A stretch of DNA of 63,144 nt, filler included, from Reclinomonas americana ATCC 50394 (Eukaryota), in NCBI GenBank assembly GCA_048213135.1. It is 4 parts of 2 records of this genome, joined end to end, with 100 filler letters (N's around TTAATTAATTAA, not from the genome) between each part and the next. Parts side by side here need not be neighbours in the genome. Positions count along the whole stretch, not along the records: positions 1 to 14,627 come from PS015287.1; positions 14,728 to 30,118 come from PS015287.1; 2 more parts are not named here. One strand, 5' to 3'. A model generated the notes under the pieces. It was not told where the DNA came from. It ran no database searches and saw only the letters and a program-made list of their open reading frames with translations. The translations under genes were made by a program, and so were the position numbers. This document shows, piece after piece, positions 13,572-26,177 of the stretch (positions are counted from its first letter, which is position 1; every line of letters begins with the position of its first letter).

Positions 13572-14257
13572 TCTCCTGTTTCCCTCCCCTTATTTGATCT
13601 CTCTCTCTCTCATACACCAACTGACTCCCACACTCATCGCCTGCGTTTCGGTATTCATCTCTCATTTGAATTACCCCTTCCCTCTCGCAGGCTGGCGTCC
13701 CTCAAGTGCAACTCTCCGACGAGTGCTCCGGGCTCCTGCGACTGACGGCTCGCATTCTCCGACCGTACTGGACCGAGCCTCCCGTCTTGGGCCCGTTTGT
13801 CAATGGTGCACTTTCCTTTCTATCGCTTCCTGCTCCACAGCTGTGTTGCTCATCACCCTGCTGCAGACGGCGGCGTCGAGGAGTGGATGCTCGGCTACTC
13901 GTCCGTGTCGGTGACGGCTGGAATACGCTCGCTATCGGCCTTGCTGGACACGGATGATATCCTTTGCACTCTTTGCTTGATTGCTGCGCTGTTTGCTGTT
14001 CATTGTCTGGCGGTTCGTTGACTCTATTGCCCTCCCCACTCTGGACAGCTGTCTCCGATCGCCTGGTATCCTCTGCGCAGATGGTTTGCCTGTGGTTGTG
14101 ATTGCTTGTTTGTGAAGCATTGTTGATTGACTTGTCACGGGCAGTGGGATTCGACGGTTCGGCGTGAGCTGCGTGAGCTGGTTCACGTCTCACTGCAGCT
14201 GCTTCGGTTCTTCGAAGTGTGTCGTCCGTACGAGGGGCATCGTGTGATCCAGAGAAC
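6503..14257 (+). CDS. NUP155: Nucleoporin Nup155/Nup170 (N-terminal beta-propeller and start of the helical region; 3' part lost at the contig end)
   Basis: About 20 short exons splice in frame, giving FCGLLPEINRAWTAIDNRLILWDY, IVNVGIVRPSPGVF, GTPQGRIFLAVEDGSLFEVVYEREDGWFQSRFRIVNWS, LYTLSQDSVITAYDL, NEVVSQSVLPPRQFVVLCNDGVYLMEKPRPIDKL and GLLRLTARILRPYW, all characteristic Nup155/Nup170 motifs. Confidence 0.92.
13957..14039 (+). other. U12-type (minor spliceosome) AT-AC intron
   Basis: 5' end ATATCCTTT (13957-13965), branch-like TTCGTTGAC (14014-14022), 3' end CAC at 14039. Removal restores the frame (LDTD-VWTAVSDRLVSSAQM), while the nearby GT donor leads to a stop. Confidence 0.75.
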
Positions 14258-14671
14258 GTTGCGTTGGGGATGATTGTCACGCTGTGTCTCTGTTCGTGCT
14301 GCGCTGTCTGTGATCTGTGAGCGCGAATGCAAGTACGCAAGCTCTTCCTGTGTCTCTTCTCTCGATTTTTATCCACGTATGTCTACAACCTCATCTTCCA
14401 GCGGATGCGTGTGTGGTTGTGGGTGTGACCTCTTTGCCGCTTCATGTTCTCTTCGTCCTTTTATATCTTTCGCTTCCTCAACAGATGCGAACAAAGCATT
14501 CTTGTGCGCGAACTGTTGTGGATGTCGTATCTTTTCGTTCCCTCCTCTTCTCTTTTGTGCACCGTATTGCCGAAAAGTGAGAACTCGTTCAGCCATGTAT
14601 TCTTGTCATATTCTCTCTCTCTCTCTCNNNNNNNNNNNNNNNNNNNNNNNNNNNNNNNNNNNNNNNNNNNN

Positions 14672-14683
14672 TTAATTAATTAA
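14672..14683. other. Assembly linker TTAATTAATTAA flanked by Ns (also at 30163-30174 and 57245-57256)
   Basis: Identical 12-mer with stops in all six frames, each time embedded in N runs. Artificial. Confidence 0.95.
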
Positions 14684-14780
14684 NNNNNNNNNNNNNNNNN
14701 NNNNNNNNNNNNNNNNNNNNNNNNNNNACACACTCACACTACACAATCATTTCACTCACCTTCTCTCTCCTCCACAGGTC

Positions 14781-17700
14781 ATGCGTTGGCTTCTCTCCAT
14801 CGTGTGCCTCGTGCTCCTCGGCGCAGTCCTCTTGGCTGGTGAGTTTGCGTGTTTGTGTGTGATGACGCGATGTCACTCTCTCTCCTCTCTTTTTTGTGTG
14901 TTTGTTTTGTGCGTGGGTGGGTGTCTCTTTGTGTCTCTGTTGTGTGCATCTCCTGCGTGCGTGCGTGCGGCAGTGGATTCGTGTGTTTGAGTGACATGCC
15001 TCTCTGCTCGCCTGCGTGATCTGTCCTCTTTCTCTTCTCACTCACTCACTCCTCATTCTCCACACGACGACGATGTGCAGACGCCCAGACCACCACTTTT
15101 GCCCCTGGCAGCTCTAACGCGCCGGAGCAATTCCAGATCATCAAGGCTGTGGGCGAGGATGGTGCGTGCATTGCATTCTCTCTCTCTCATGTGTGTGCGT
15201 GCATTCCTCCTCACTCGCTCCCTCCCTTCCCTCTCCGCACAGACCTTGATACCTCCTCCCCAACTGGCTCTCAGTCGGCCATCTGGGTCAACTGGACCAA
15301 CCCCATCAACCAGGGCAACTCGTCGCCTTCCGAGTTTGGTGTCGACGTGGCCAGCACTGGTGGCACCACCAAGTACACTGTTGCGTGTGCTTGCCTTCTC
15401 CTCTCCCTCTCCTCTCCCTCCGCTCACCCTCTCCTCTGCTCACCTCCACCAACAGTGCTCGTCGGTCAACGCCATTGTGGCCAACGGCGGAGCCGCCTCT
15501 GGCGGCGCCGGCTGCTACGGCATGATTCTGCGCTACTTTGACCAGAACATCCAGGAGGGCGTGCAGTACACCATCGCTGTTGCGTCTCTCTTCTCCTCTC
15601 CATTCTACCTCCTCCTCCTCGCATCTCCCACTCATCTCAACTCTTTCCCCCACCCACAGGCCTACGCGGTCAACGCGTACGGTGAGGGCGTCCGCACCTC
15701 GTCGCAGGTCGTGACGGTGCCGCTCGGTGGCACCCCGCGCCAGCCGACCAACCTGGCCATCAACTACACGTCGGCTTCGTCGTTCCAGTTGTCCTTCTAC
15801 CCGCCGATCAAGATCGGCCAGACAGGCACTGGAACCACCGGCAATGTCGCCAACTTCAACCAGCTGCAGACTCCGTTCTTCCAGGTGCAGATCCGCAGCT
15901 CGACTGGCAGCTCGCTGACCGCCTGGACTCCAGTGACCTTCTACACGGAGACCACCAACGGCACTGGTGGCGCCAATGCGGCCGTCAACCCGTTCGGCAC
16001 CTCGTACGCCACCCCGTTCACGCAGCAGTCGTGCGTGGTGTCTGGCACTGGTGCCACTGCCTCGTCCGGCATTCTGGCGGCAAGCACTGGCTACGTGGTG
16101 CGCGTGCGCGCTGTGGGCCAGTGGGGCTTTGGCCCGTGGAGCACTGTTGCGTCTTTGCCTTTGTGATGTTGTGTGCGTTGTGTGACGCACTTTGTTCACC
16201 TCACATTGCTCTCCTCTCCTCCTCGCAGACCGCCACGGTGACCACCCAGGACGGCAAGCAGTCGCCGGGTAAGGTTGGCGGTATCGGCCAAGCGCCGGCG
16301 GTTGCCTCTGACGGCGGCCTGATCTCGTGGACGAGCCCGCAGCTGACTGGCGGTACCATCACCAGCTTCAAGGTGGAGGCTGCTGCGTCGGCCAATGGTG
16401 CCACTGTGCTGTACAACGCTTTTGGTGCCACATTCACTGGCTCGCCGGTGACCGACTCGACTTTCGGCCGTGTGTCTGGTGGCCACATTTTGATCTCCAA
16501 GCTGGCGACGACCAACATCACCAAGTACCGCATCCGCGTGACTGCAGTGAATGCCAATGGTGACGGCACTACTGCGCTCGACATCGCCGCTGCCTCGCAG
16601 CTCGAAATCACCCTCAGCACCGCCGCCAACCCGACTATTGTTGCCCCGGTTGTGGTGGCCTGCTGGTCGGTGGGTGCCGCCACGACCATCAACTGCCTCG
16701 CCAACACGACCGCCGCCACGCTCATCGGCAACGGTGGCTTTGGCACGACTCCGTACACGTTTTTGCTGAATGGCGTCACTGGCGCCACCGCTGTCATTTC
16801 GATGGGCGCGAGCGACCTCACTGGCACTCTGGCAATGACGGGTGCCACTGGTGCCGGCACCGTGAAGCTGCAGGTAGCGAACGCCACGGGCGGTACTGCC
16901 ACTGGCGACATTGCCTTCCTCACCACTATCGGTGTCAACGCCCCTGCCGGCGCCATCTTCTACGATCGTGCTGGTAACAGCGTGATTGGTGGCACTGTCA
17001 ACAACGGTTTCCTCACCATCGGCACCAACTTTGTCGTCATGTACCCCGGCTCGCCGACCACTCGTGGCGCCGTGACCACTGCAGCCACTGGCACTGGTAT
17101 CGGCGGCATTGCTTCTATTGCCTACGCCAACGCAGCTGGAGCCGTCACCGACATTGCCTACCTTGATGGCACCACTACGACGTCTGTGCTGACTGCTGCC
17201 AAGTTCGTCGTCGCCGTCCGAAACACCACTGCGACCGACAAGTATGGCGTCACCTGGACTCTGACCACCGGCAACTCTGGCTCGCTCTTCTGCTGCGTTA
17301 CCGCCGCCACCGCCCAGGGAGCAGGCACAGCCGCGCCCGCCTTTGCTGCCGCCGGTGCCGTTATCGGTGCCGCCTCCGCGATCACGGTCATCGACATTAC
17401 CGACACCACCATGACCTTTGTCATCACCATGACCGCCACTCAGGCTCCGTTGTCTGCTGTGGGAGGCACCGTCAACGCCTCGTCGCTTGCCAGCTTCTAC
17501 AACTTCACCGCCACTGGCTCCGCCTTCGTGCGCGGTGTCGCTGTCGCCTCGGGCATCACCACCGCCGCCAACAGCAACCAGCCCGCCACCGCTAACCTCG
17601 ACGGCTGGCAGGTCACCCTCTCTGGTTTCCTCCCCGGCCGCCAGTATACCCCGCAAGTCTCCGTCATTCTCACCCCGGTGGCCGGCACCACCACTGCCAC

Positions 17701-20700
17701 CGCCGCTGCGTCGGCGACTGCTGGTGGCCCCAACTTCTGGACTGCCACCAGTTGCGCACCGCCCACTTGCTGTTTCTCTCTCTCTCTCTCTCTCATTAGC
17801 TCACACTTTCTCCTTTTCTTCACTCGTCCCCCCATACAGCCCGCGCTCCGGTCGCCACTTCCGGCACCAATTCCATCTACTACATTGGCGCCACCTCTGC
17901 TGTCGTCTGGCTGCAGCTGCCGACCGACCTCGTCGGCCAGGGCGGTCTCAACTCTCAGAACTCGGTCGGCACTGGCGCTAACCAGTTCCAGGACCTCAAC
18001 ACCTCTTTCACCGTGCAGCAGACATCCAACCTCGCCACCGGCACCACTGCGTACCGCGCGTTCCTGGCCAACAACGCTGACGCCGGTCCCACCACCACGA
18101 ACGCCACCAGCATTTCGATTGGCAACTGGCGCGGTTTCTCCCTGACCGGACTCACATTCGCCAGCACCATCGCTGGCCAGGGCTACACCATCAACGTGTG
18201 GACCGAGTCGCAGGTCAACCGCTCGGCCACAGCCTGGAGCGGCATTCTGACCACCAGCCCGAACGACGCCACCAAGGTGGCGACTTCAGTCCCAACGGTG
18301 TCGTCCAACGTGCGCTACATCACGTCGACCTCGGCGTGGGTGGAGTGGGAGGGCGTGGCGGCCAATGTGGGTGTGATTGCAGGCGGAGCCTCCTGGTACA
18401 TCAAGTCGGACTGCGGCACCGGTGCGTTGACTGTGGCTACCAGCGCCTCGGACCTGACCGAGTACGGTATCGGCGCGTCCGGCAGCTCTGGACTGCAGCG
18501 CAACCGCGTGCTTACCAAGGTCACGGGCCTGACGGGCACCAGCTGCGCCATCTCTGTGGCCTACAATAACGCCAGCGTCACTCCGACAGCCAATGGTGCC
18601 AACCTGACCTTCTCGACTGCCGTGACTGTGACCCTGGCGTCGGGAGCGCCTGCGGCGCCGACTGCCTACTCGGTGGCCCCGTACACTGGCTCTGTGGACC
18701 AGGTCACTTCGACGTCGATTGTCGTCGGTTTCAACTACCCTCTCACTCTCGGAACTGGCGACACCACCGGTGCGCCGACCGCCGCCTACACGGTGACCAA
18801 TGCCAGCACTGACCAGACTAACACTACCGGCACGACTGCCGGCGGCACGCTGACCACCATGTTCAACGGCCTGTTCCCGTACAACTCTGGCTTCTACCAG
18901 CAGATCACCGGCTTCACTGTGAACAGCACGACCACCAACTTTGTGGCTGCCACGCAGTACACTATCAAGGCCAAGGTCACCGTCACCAACAACGCCACCA
19001 CCTCGGCGGCCGGCTCCATCCAGGCCACCACCGACAACAACGGCTCCGTGCCGGCTGCGCCCACTGGTGTGGCGTACTCGCGCCTGTTCTCGACTGGCGT
19101 GCGCCTCAACTTCTCGACTCCGATCAGCGTCGGTGGCTCCAACACTGCCACCTCGAGCGCCACTCAGGGCAACCTGACGACGCCGACTCCGAACGTGAAC
19201 GCCTACCGTGTGGTGTACTCGACCACCAGCGCCTCGTCGGTGACCTCTACCTCCGGCACCGCGGTCGCCATTGACTCCAGCTCCATCCCGTCCACCAACG
19301 GCACCGGCACTGGATCGTGGAACGCCAACCTGTCGACCTACTACATTGACGTGACTGGCCTGCCGGCTGGCACCTCGGTCAATCTGCAGATCTGCGCCAG
19401 CAACCAGTTCTCGATCGCCTTCCCGACCTCGCCCTTCAACCCGGCTGGCACCACCGCCAACCCGGTGACGTGCGCGTTCAGCACTGCCATCAACTTCACC
19501 ACTCCGGCTGCCACCGGTGTCGTGCCGAGCCCGCCGACCAACCTGGTCGTGACGCAGTACGGCCTGACCAACATCTTCCTGCAGTGGACGATTCCGCAGA
19601 ACTTTGGCTCCAACGCCGTGACGGTGTTCACCATCTTCCGCGGCCAGGGCAGCGCGACCCCGGTGTCTGTGGCCACTGTGACCCTGCCGGCTGGCTGGGC
19701 GCTGACCGCCGCTTACACTGCCGACACAACGCTGACGGCCAACACGTCGTACACGTACCAGGTGTACGCCACTGCCACGTCGACCAACTCGGCCACGGCT
19801 GCTGGCCCGCTGACTCAGACCACTCACAACACCAGTTGCGTGGAGGGAGAATGGAGGGGTGGGGGGTTGGGAAGGGAAAGGGAAGAGAAAGAAGAGAGGA
19901 GAAAAGAGTGGCAGAGAAAGACTGATAGGGGAGATAGACGGGGATTCATCTGCTTCTTTTGAATATCAGTATCTAATCCACCACCGCCTCGCTTCTTCCC
20001 CACCACGCAGATGATGCTCCGATTGCCCCGGCGGCCCCGACGCTCATTGGCGGCCTGGCTAACTCGCAGGGCACCAACTCGAGCGCCGGCTGTGCTGCTG
20101 TGGCTGGTACCCTCGGTGTGGGCTTCTCTGGCAACTGCTACCAGGACACCATCACCAGCATCTCGTGGGCGTCGCCGATTGGCATTGGTGGCACCTCGAT
20201 CAACGGCTACGTTGTGACGCAGAACACCAGCAACTGCAACCGCACGTACACGTGGACGACCACGACCACCAACTTCAACTTCCCGACCATTCCGGGCAAG
20301 TCGTACACCTACGCCGTGCAGGCCACCAACACCCGCTCGGACTCTGGTGTGACCTCGACGCAGAACGGTGCTCAGTCGGGCACTCTGCCGCAGATTGCCA
20401 ACTCGATTGTGCGCCCGTACCCGCTGCCGGCTCTGACCACTGGCGGCTCGGCTGGCACGACTGGCTCCGGCTACGCCACCTTCACGCTGTCGACCCCATC
20501 GACTGTGCAGGGCACGCAGTACTCGCTGACCACCTCGGACGGCTTCTCGAACTTTGTCGGCGTGCAGGTGCTGGTGCAGAACCTGACCAACGTCACCTCG
20601 ACCACCTTCGTGCCGGACAACTATGTGACCCAGCTCACTGGCTCGCTCGGCTCGACCACCTCGTCGCTGCTGGTGAATGGCCTGACCGCCAACACCAAGT

Positions 20701-22198
20701 ACCGCATTGGCGTGGCATCGTACAACGGCTACCAGGCTGCCTGGTCTGCGTCGGCCATCACCATCACCACGGCCACGTCGCCGGTGCGCCCGAGCGGCAT
20801 CACGTCGCTGTCGTCGAACCTTCTGCTCAAGCGCTCGACCTCGATCTGGCTCAGCTGGGGACAGCCGCAGGAGACTGGCGGCCAGGGCTTCGTGAACCAG
20901 TGGCAGGTGTCGTGGCGCGCGGCTACGGCCAGCACGCTGACCCAGAACACCACCTCGGTGCAGCAGGCTGTGATCCGCAGCCTCACTGACGCCACCAACT
21001 ACTTCATCGATGTGCGCGGCATCAACGGCATTGGCACGTCGACTACTCAGGCCACCTTCGGTGATGGTATCATCGGTAACGGCCTCAACAACAACGTGCT
21101 GACGGGCCAGGTGCCGAACGACCAGACCAACTTTGCGGTGACCAGCAATACTGGCACGGCGCTCGCTTTCTCGTGGACGACTGCCACTGGTGCGTCGACT
21201 GCCATCTCTGCGCAGACTCTGACTGGTGCGTCGGCCACGACTACAAGCCCGAGTGTGGCGTTGGGTGCCACCGACACCACGGCGTCTGTGACGGTGGTGA
21301 ACGGCAACTTCTACCGCTTCTTCCTCAACGCGACCAACTCGATTGGCACGGGCAACAGCTCGCTGTCGATCTACATCCAGGCGTCGCCGGTGACCACGAC
21401 CGGCATTGTGCCGGCTGCTGGCACCCCGTCGCTGGACTTCTACGCCGCCAACGAGTACCGCGTGTCGTGGACTGCGGTGGGCTCGGGCACGACTGCGGCC
21501 ACCACCTACTACCTGGTGTTCTGGCAGTGGACGACCCGCTTCCTGGCGTCGACTGGCAACCCGGCCGCCGCTGACGGCCTGGGCATGAACACTGCCACGC
21601 NNNNNNNNNNNNNNNNNNNNTCGGCAGCGGCACCAACCCGGCCATTGCCGGCACTTGCGTGCAGCTGTTCCAGACCATCAAGCCGTCGTCGCGCTACCGC
21701 ATGGTGCTGATCGGTGGCAACACGGTCGGCCTCGGCCAGGGCTCGCAGGGCACCGCCAACAACAACATTGGCACGCCGACTCAGGGCGCTCTGACCCAGA
21801 CGGGCCAGGCTGCCGCTCCGGCCGCGCCGACTCAGGGCACCAACACCAACACCTCGGTCACCGTCAACTTCTCGACCCCGATCTACACTGGTCTCGGTCT
21901 GATCACCAGCTACCAGATCCAGACGTTCCCGGAGAACGGCGGCAACGTCATCTTCGGCTACAAGAACGCCACCGACTCGACGTCGTCGTCGCGCGCCAAC
22001 TACACGTTCACTCAGTCGAACCTGCAGCCGGGCACGCCGTACGTGGTGAATGTGCGCGCCGTCAACTCGTTCGGCCAGTCGATCCCGTCGGCCAACCTGC
22101 GTGTGTCGACGACCGGTGGTGCCGGTTTCGCCGCGACCTCGTCGCTGTGGACTGTGGTGCTGATGGCCATTGCCGCGCTGCTGGCGTTCGCCTTCTAA
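14781..22198 (+). CDS. Large secreted/surface protein (~2,200 aa) with multiple fibronectin type III-like repeats, Thr/Ala/Ser/Gly-rich, with a C-terminal hydrophobic GPI-like signal
   Basis: Exons 14781-14838, 15081-15161, 15243-15379, 15456-15578, 15660-16145, 16229-17750, 17840-19834 and 20011-22198 (20-N gap at 21601). Signal peptide MRWLLSIVCLVLLGAVLLA; FN3 signatures (YVVRVRAVGQWGFGPWS, PSPPTNLVVT..IFLQWT, LTANTKYRIGVASYN, LQPGTPYVVNVRAVNSFG); ends GGAGFAATSSLWTVVLMAIAALLAFAF*. Confidence 0.9.
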
Positions 22199-22696
22199 AC
22201 GGAGGGCTGGTGATGGTGCTTCTGTGTTGCTGTTTCCGTCGGAAGTGCTTTTTCCGTCCAAGTGGGTTTTCTCTTTCTGGTTTCTCTCAACTGTTATTTG
22301 GGGTCGTTGTGTTGTTGAGGGAGTGAGAGAAGGAGAGAGTTTTGGGACGAGGCGACAAGATTGTGCGCTCTTTTTTATTTTGTGGTCCGTGAGCGTGTGA
22401 GGTTGTTGTTTGGCGGCGTTTAGTGATGGAAATGAAATTGATTGGAGCATGTCGGTGATTCGCCCAAGTATGCAAGGAGAGAGCTGAAGGGAGAGAGAGA
22501 GAGAGATGAAGGGGGAGACAACTTAACAAACTCAAAGATGAACTCGGGCACAGTCTTCCTGTCTTGCATGCAAATCTTCGATAGGCTCATTGTCGGCTCC
22601 AGCTCGGACTGCTGAACATCAGCACGCCCGTCTACAATTGGGGCTGTGGCACATCCAAGTTCTCCAGATGTCCAATGGGCTGCAGTAGTGGGCAAG

Positions 22697-22843
22697 AGTG
22701 GAGAAGAAGTGCGACGACTGGGAGGGCACATTAAACATAAAGCGGTTTCCTTGGTCGCCATTGCTCGCGACGGAGGGCACGTGGTGAGTGAGAGTCAAGA
22801 TCAGACCATTCGAGTGTGGTCAAAGATAAGACCATTCGAGTGA
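22697..22843 (+). pseudogene. Decayed WD40-repeat fragment related to the WD40 family at 60-63 kb
   Basis: SGEEVRRLGGHIKHKAVSLVAIARDGGHVVSESQDQTIRVWS, with nucleotide similarity to 61839-61870. Short internal duplication and a stop; no complete ORF. Confidence 0.6.
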
Positions 22844-23228
22844 GGTCAAAGTTCCCCCCAATTAGCTGCAATAACGACCGCGGCAAGTATACGAGCGTCC
22901 CACGCACGCACATCACATCATCGTCGTCGTCGTCGCAACTACCATCACTAGCAATTCTACTACCTCAGCCACCTCCACCACCACCATTACCCCATCATCA
23001 TCATCATCATCATCACAATCGTCGTGGGCATTGCCATCACCACCGCCGCCACTGCACCAACGCTACTGATGTCCACCGACGGTATTCCGGGGTGCGATGC
23101 AGAACGAAGCCAAGGGTGACAAGGAATACAGGGGCGACAACGGACCAGCTGGACCGAACGGTGACAAGGATGATGGCAAGGTGAACTCACGTATTCAGTC
23201 TTGATTGTGATGACTGCAGTTCTCAACA

Positions 23229-24252
23229 TTAGTTTTCACCTTTACCGCTACAATATATCCTGCTCACGGCCGTATCGACATGCCACCCTCTGCTTATCAG
23301 TAAGCCAGTGAGTTCCCTCTCTCTTTTCGCCACATCGCGACTCCACAAGTACTCACCACCAACTCCACTGCTCCCGGCAGCAGCAGCACCGCCGGTTCCC
23401 GCCAGCCCCTTGCGCAGGCGGGAGCGCGCATTGGCAGCCGGTCGTGCCCTTTCGCGCGTCGCGCCGCTGTCGTCCTGCCCACCGAAACCCGTCGCACCTT
23501 CGCTGTCGCTGGCGGCGCGCATCGCAGGTGCCATCAGTCGACCACTCGAAGCAGTCGGCCGGAGACGACCGGTAAAGCCGCCAGCCTGTCGCGGCACCAC
23601 GGCCGCTTCCATCTCCATCAGCGGCACTCGTTGGTGGCCGGCGTCGCTGGCACTCACCCGGCGTGGGCGATGAGTAGTGCCGTCGTCGATGATGTCTGCT
23701 ACTGCGAATCGTGGAGCGGAAGGAGCTGTGGGGGAGAAAGGAAGGGAGAGGGCAAGGGTGAGGGGGAGGGGGAGGGAAGAGGGAAGAGGGAAGAGGGAAG
23801 AGGGAAGAGGGAAGAGGGAAGAGGGAAGAGGGAAGAGGGAAGNNNNNNNNNNNNNNNNNNNNNNNNNNNNNNNNNNNNNNNGAGGCAGAGGGAGAGGAGG
23901 AGAGGGGAGGAGAGGAGAGGAGAGGCAGAGGGAGAGGAGGAGCGGAAGAGGGAAGTGGGAAGAGGGAAGAAGGAATAAGGAAGAGAGGAAAGGGGAGAGG
24001 GGGGAGGAGTGGAGATGAGTGGAGGGAAGTGGGAGGAGAAAAGAGGGAGAAGGAATGGTAGAGGATGAGAGGGAGAAGTGCTTGAATTGAGTCAGATGAA
24101 AGAGGCAACAAAGTCAGCGAATCACGTAGAAAGAAACAGCACGCAGCAGTAAAACTGCAAGAGACAAGCACTAAAGGAAAGTGAGAGAAGGGAGGGAGAG
24201 TTTGGGCACAACAAGACTGCAAGGTTACGGCACAAGGAGAGAGAGAGAGAGA

Positions 24253-24286
<34 letters not shown>

Positions 24287-24424
24287 CAGACACACAGACA
24301 CACAGGCAGAGCATTGTGGCGACTGCTGCTGCATCGTAGGCTATTTGGGTGCAATGAACCTTACTCTCGCCAAGCCACTCGATTGCATCACTCTGCCTTG
24401 GTTGATCATTCTCTTATACGTCTT

Positions 24425-24455
<31 letters not shown>

Positions 24456-25479
24456 NNNNNNNNNNNNNNNNNNNNNNNNNNNNNNNNNNNNNNNNNNNNN
24501 NNNNNNNNNNNNNNNNNNNNNNNNNNNNNNNNNNNNNNNNNNNNNNNNNNNNNNNNNNNNNNNNNNNNNNNNNNNNNNNNNNNNNNNNNNNNNNNNNNNN
24601 NNNNNNNNNNNNNNNNNNNNNNNNNNNNNNNNNNNNNNNNNNNNNNNNNNNNNNNNNNNNNNNNNNNNNNNNNNNNNNNNNNNNNNNNNNNNNNNNNNNN
24701 NNNNNNNNNNNNNNNNNNNNNNNNNNNNNNNNNNNNNNNNNNNNNNNNNNNNNNNNNNNNNNNNNNNNNNNNNNNNNNNNNNNNNNNNNNNNNNNNNNNN
24801 NNNNNNNNNNNNNNNNNNNNNNNNNNNNNNNNNNNNNNNNNNNNNNNNNNNNNNNNNNNNNNNNNNNNNNNNNNNNNNNNNNNNNNNNNNNNNNNNNNNN
24901 NNNNNNNNNNNNNNNNNNNNNNNNNNNNNNNNNNNNNNNNNNNNNNNNNNNNNNNNNNNNNNNNNNNNNNNNNNNNNNNNNNNNNNNNNNNNNNNNNNNN
25001 NNNNNNNNNNNNNNNNNNNNNNNNNNNNNNNNNNNNNNNNNNNNNNNNNNNNNNNNNNNNNNNNNNNNNNNNNNNNNNNNNNNNNNNNNNNNNNNNNNNN
25101 NNNNNNNNNNNNNNNNNNNNNNNNNNNNNNNNNNNNNNNNNNNNNNNNNNNNNNNNNNNNNNNNNNNNNNNNNNNNNNNNNNNNNNNNNNNNNNNNNNNN
25201 NNNNNNNNNNNNNNNNNNNNNNNNNNNNNNNNNNNNNNNNNNNNNNNNNNNNNNNNNNNNNNNNNNNNNNNNNNNNNNNNNNNNNNNNNNNNNNNNNNNN
25301 NNNNNNNNNNNNNNNNNNNNNNNNNNNNNNNNNNNNNNNNNNNNNNNNNNNNNNNNNNNNNNNNNNNNNNNNNNNNNNNNNNNNNNNNNNNNNNNNNNNN
25401 CCCGTTACCGTTACCCGTACCCGTAACCGTACCGTACCGTTACCGTACGTCGTACGTCTACGTCTACTCTCGTCGTTCG

Positions 25480-25554
<75 letters not shown>

Positions 25555-26144
25555 CCGCCACAGTATGTGCCCATTTCCTCCCTCAGTCTCACTCCCCATC
25601 ACACTGCTGTGTATCTCTCCTCTCACTCCACCCAAACGCAGCTGACGGTGGGCATCGACTCCTGCCGTCGTCGCAACCTCGGCGGCACAGCTGCATTTTT
25701 TCCAAATAAGCCCTCTACCACCTCCACCCCAACTGCAACACAATAAAAACTCACCTGCACCACGCAGTGACGCATCAATGCCAGAACCTGCAACTGAAAA
25801 CTCCGACTCCAACGCGCCCACATCGTCCATCGACGACATGCGACGCAGCGGTGGTCTCTTGTCAGCTCTCGGTACACCTCGTCGCAACGCGTCACTGTCG
25901 AAGGCAAAAATAAACAACACGCACGAAACGAAAGCCACGAACACGCACACTCATACAGAGAGAGAGAGAGAGCAATACACCCTATCACTCTCTCTCTCTC
26001 ACTCAAACTCCTCCTCTCTCACACACATTCTCATTCTCATTCTCATTCTCTTTAATCTCTCTCTCATTCTCATTCTAATTCTCATTCTCTTTTTCACCGT
26101 CATTCTAATTCTCTCACTCTCGCTGTCATTCTCTCTCTCCTTCG

Positions 26145-26177
<33 letters not shown>

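Noticed and set aside
14672-14683. TTAATTAATTAA as a biological motif or piggyBac target (three occurrences)
   Set aside because: Always embedded in Ns; a six-frame-stop scaffolding linker.
14755-14780. Spliced-leader trans-splicing acceptor just before the ATG (also upstream of 47721 and 48711)
   Set aside because: Ordinary 5' UTR introns explain these; a cis donor GTGCGT is visible near 47612, and the region upstream of 14755 is a gap.
16196-19827. Long antisense ORFs (486 and 513 aa) over the FN3 gene
   Set aside because: Shadow ORFs produced by GC-rich codon bias; no recognisable motifs.
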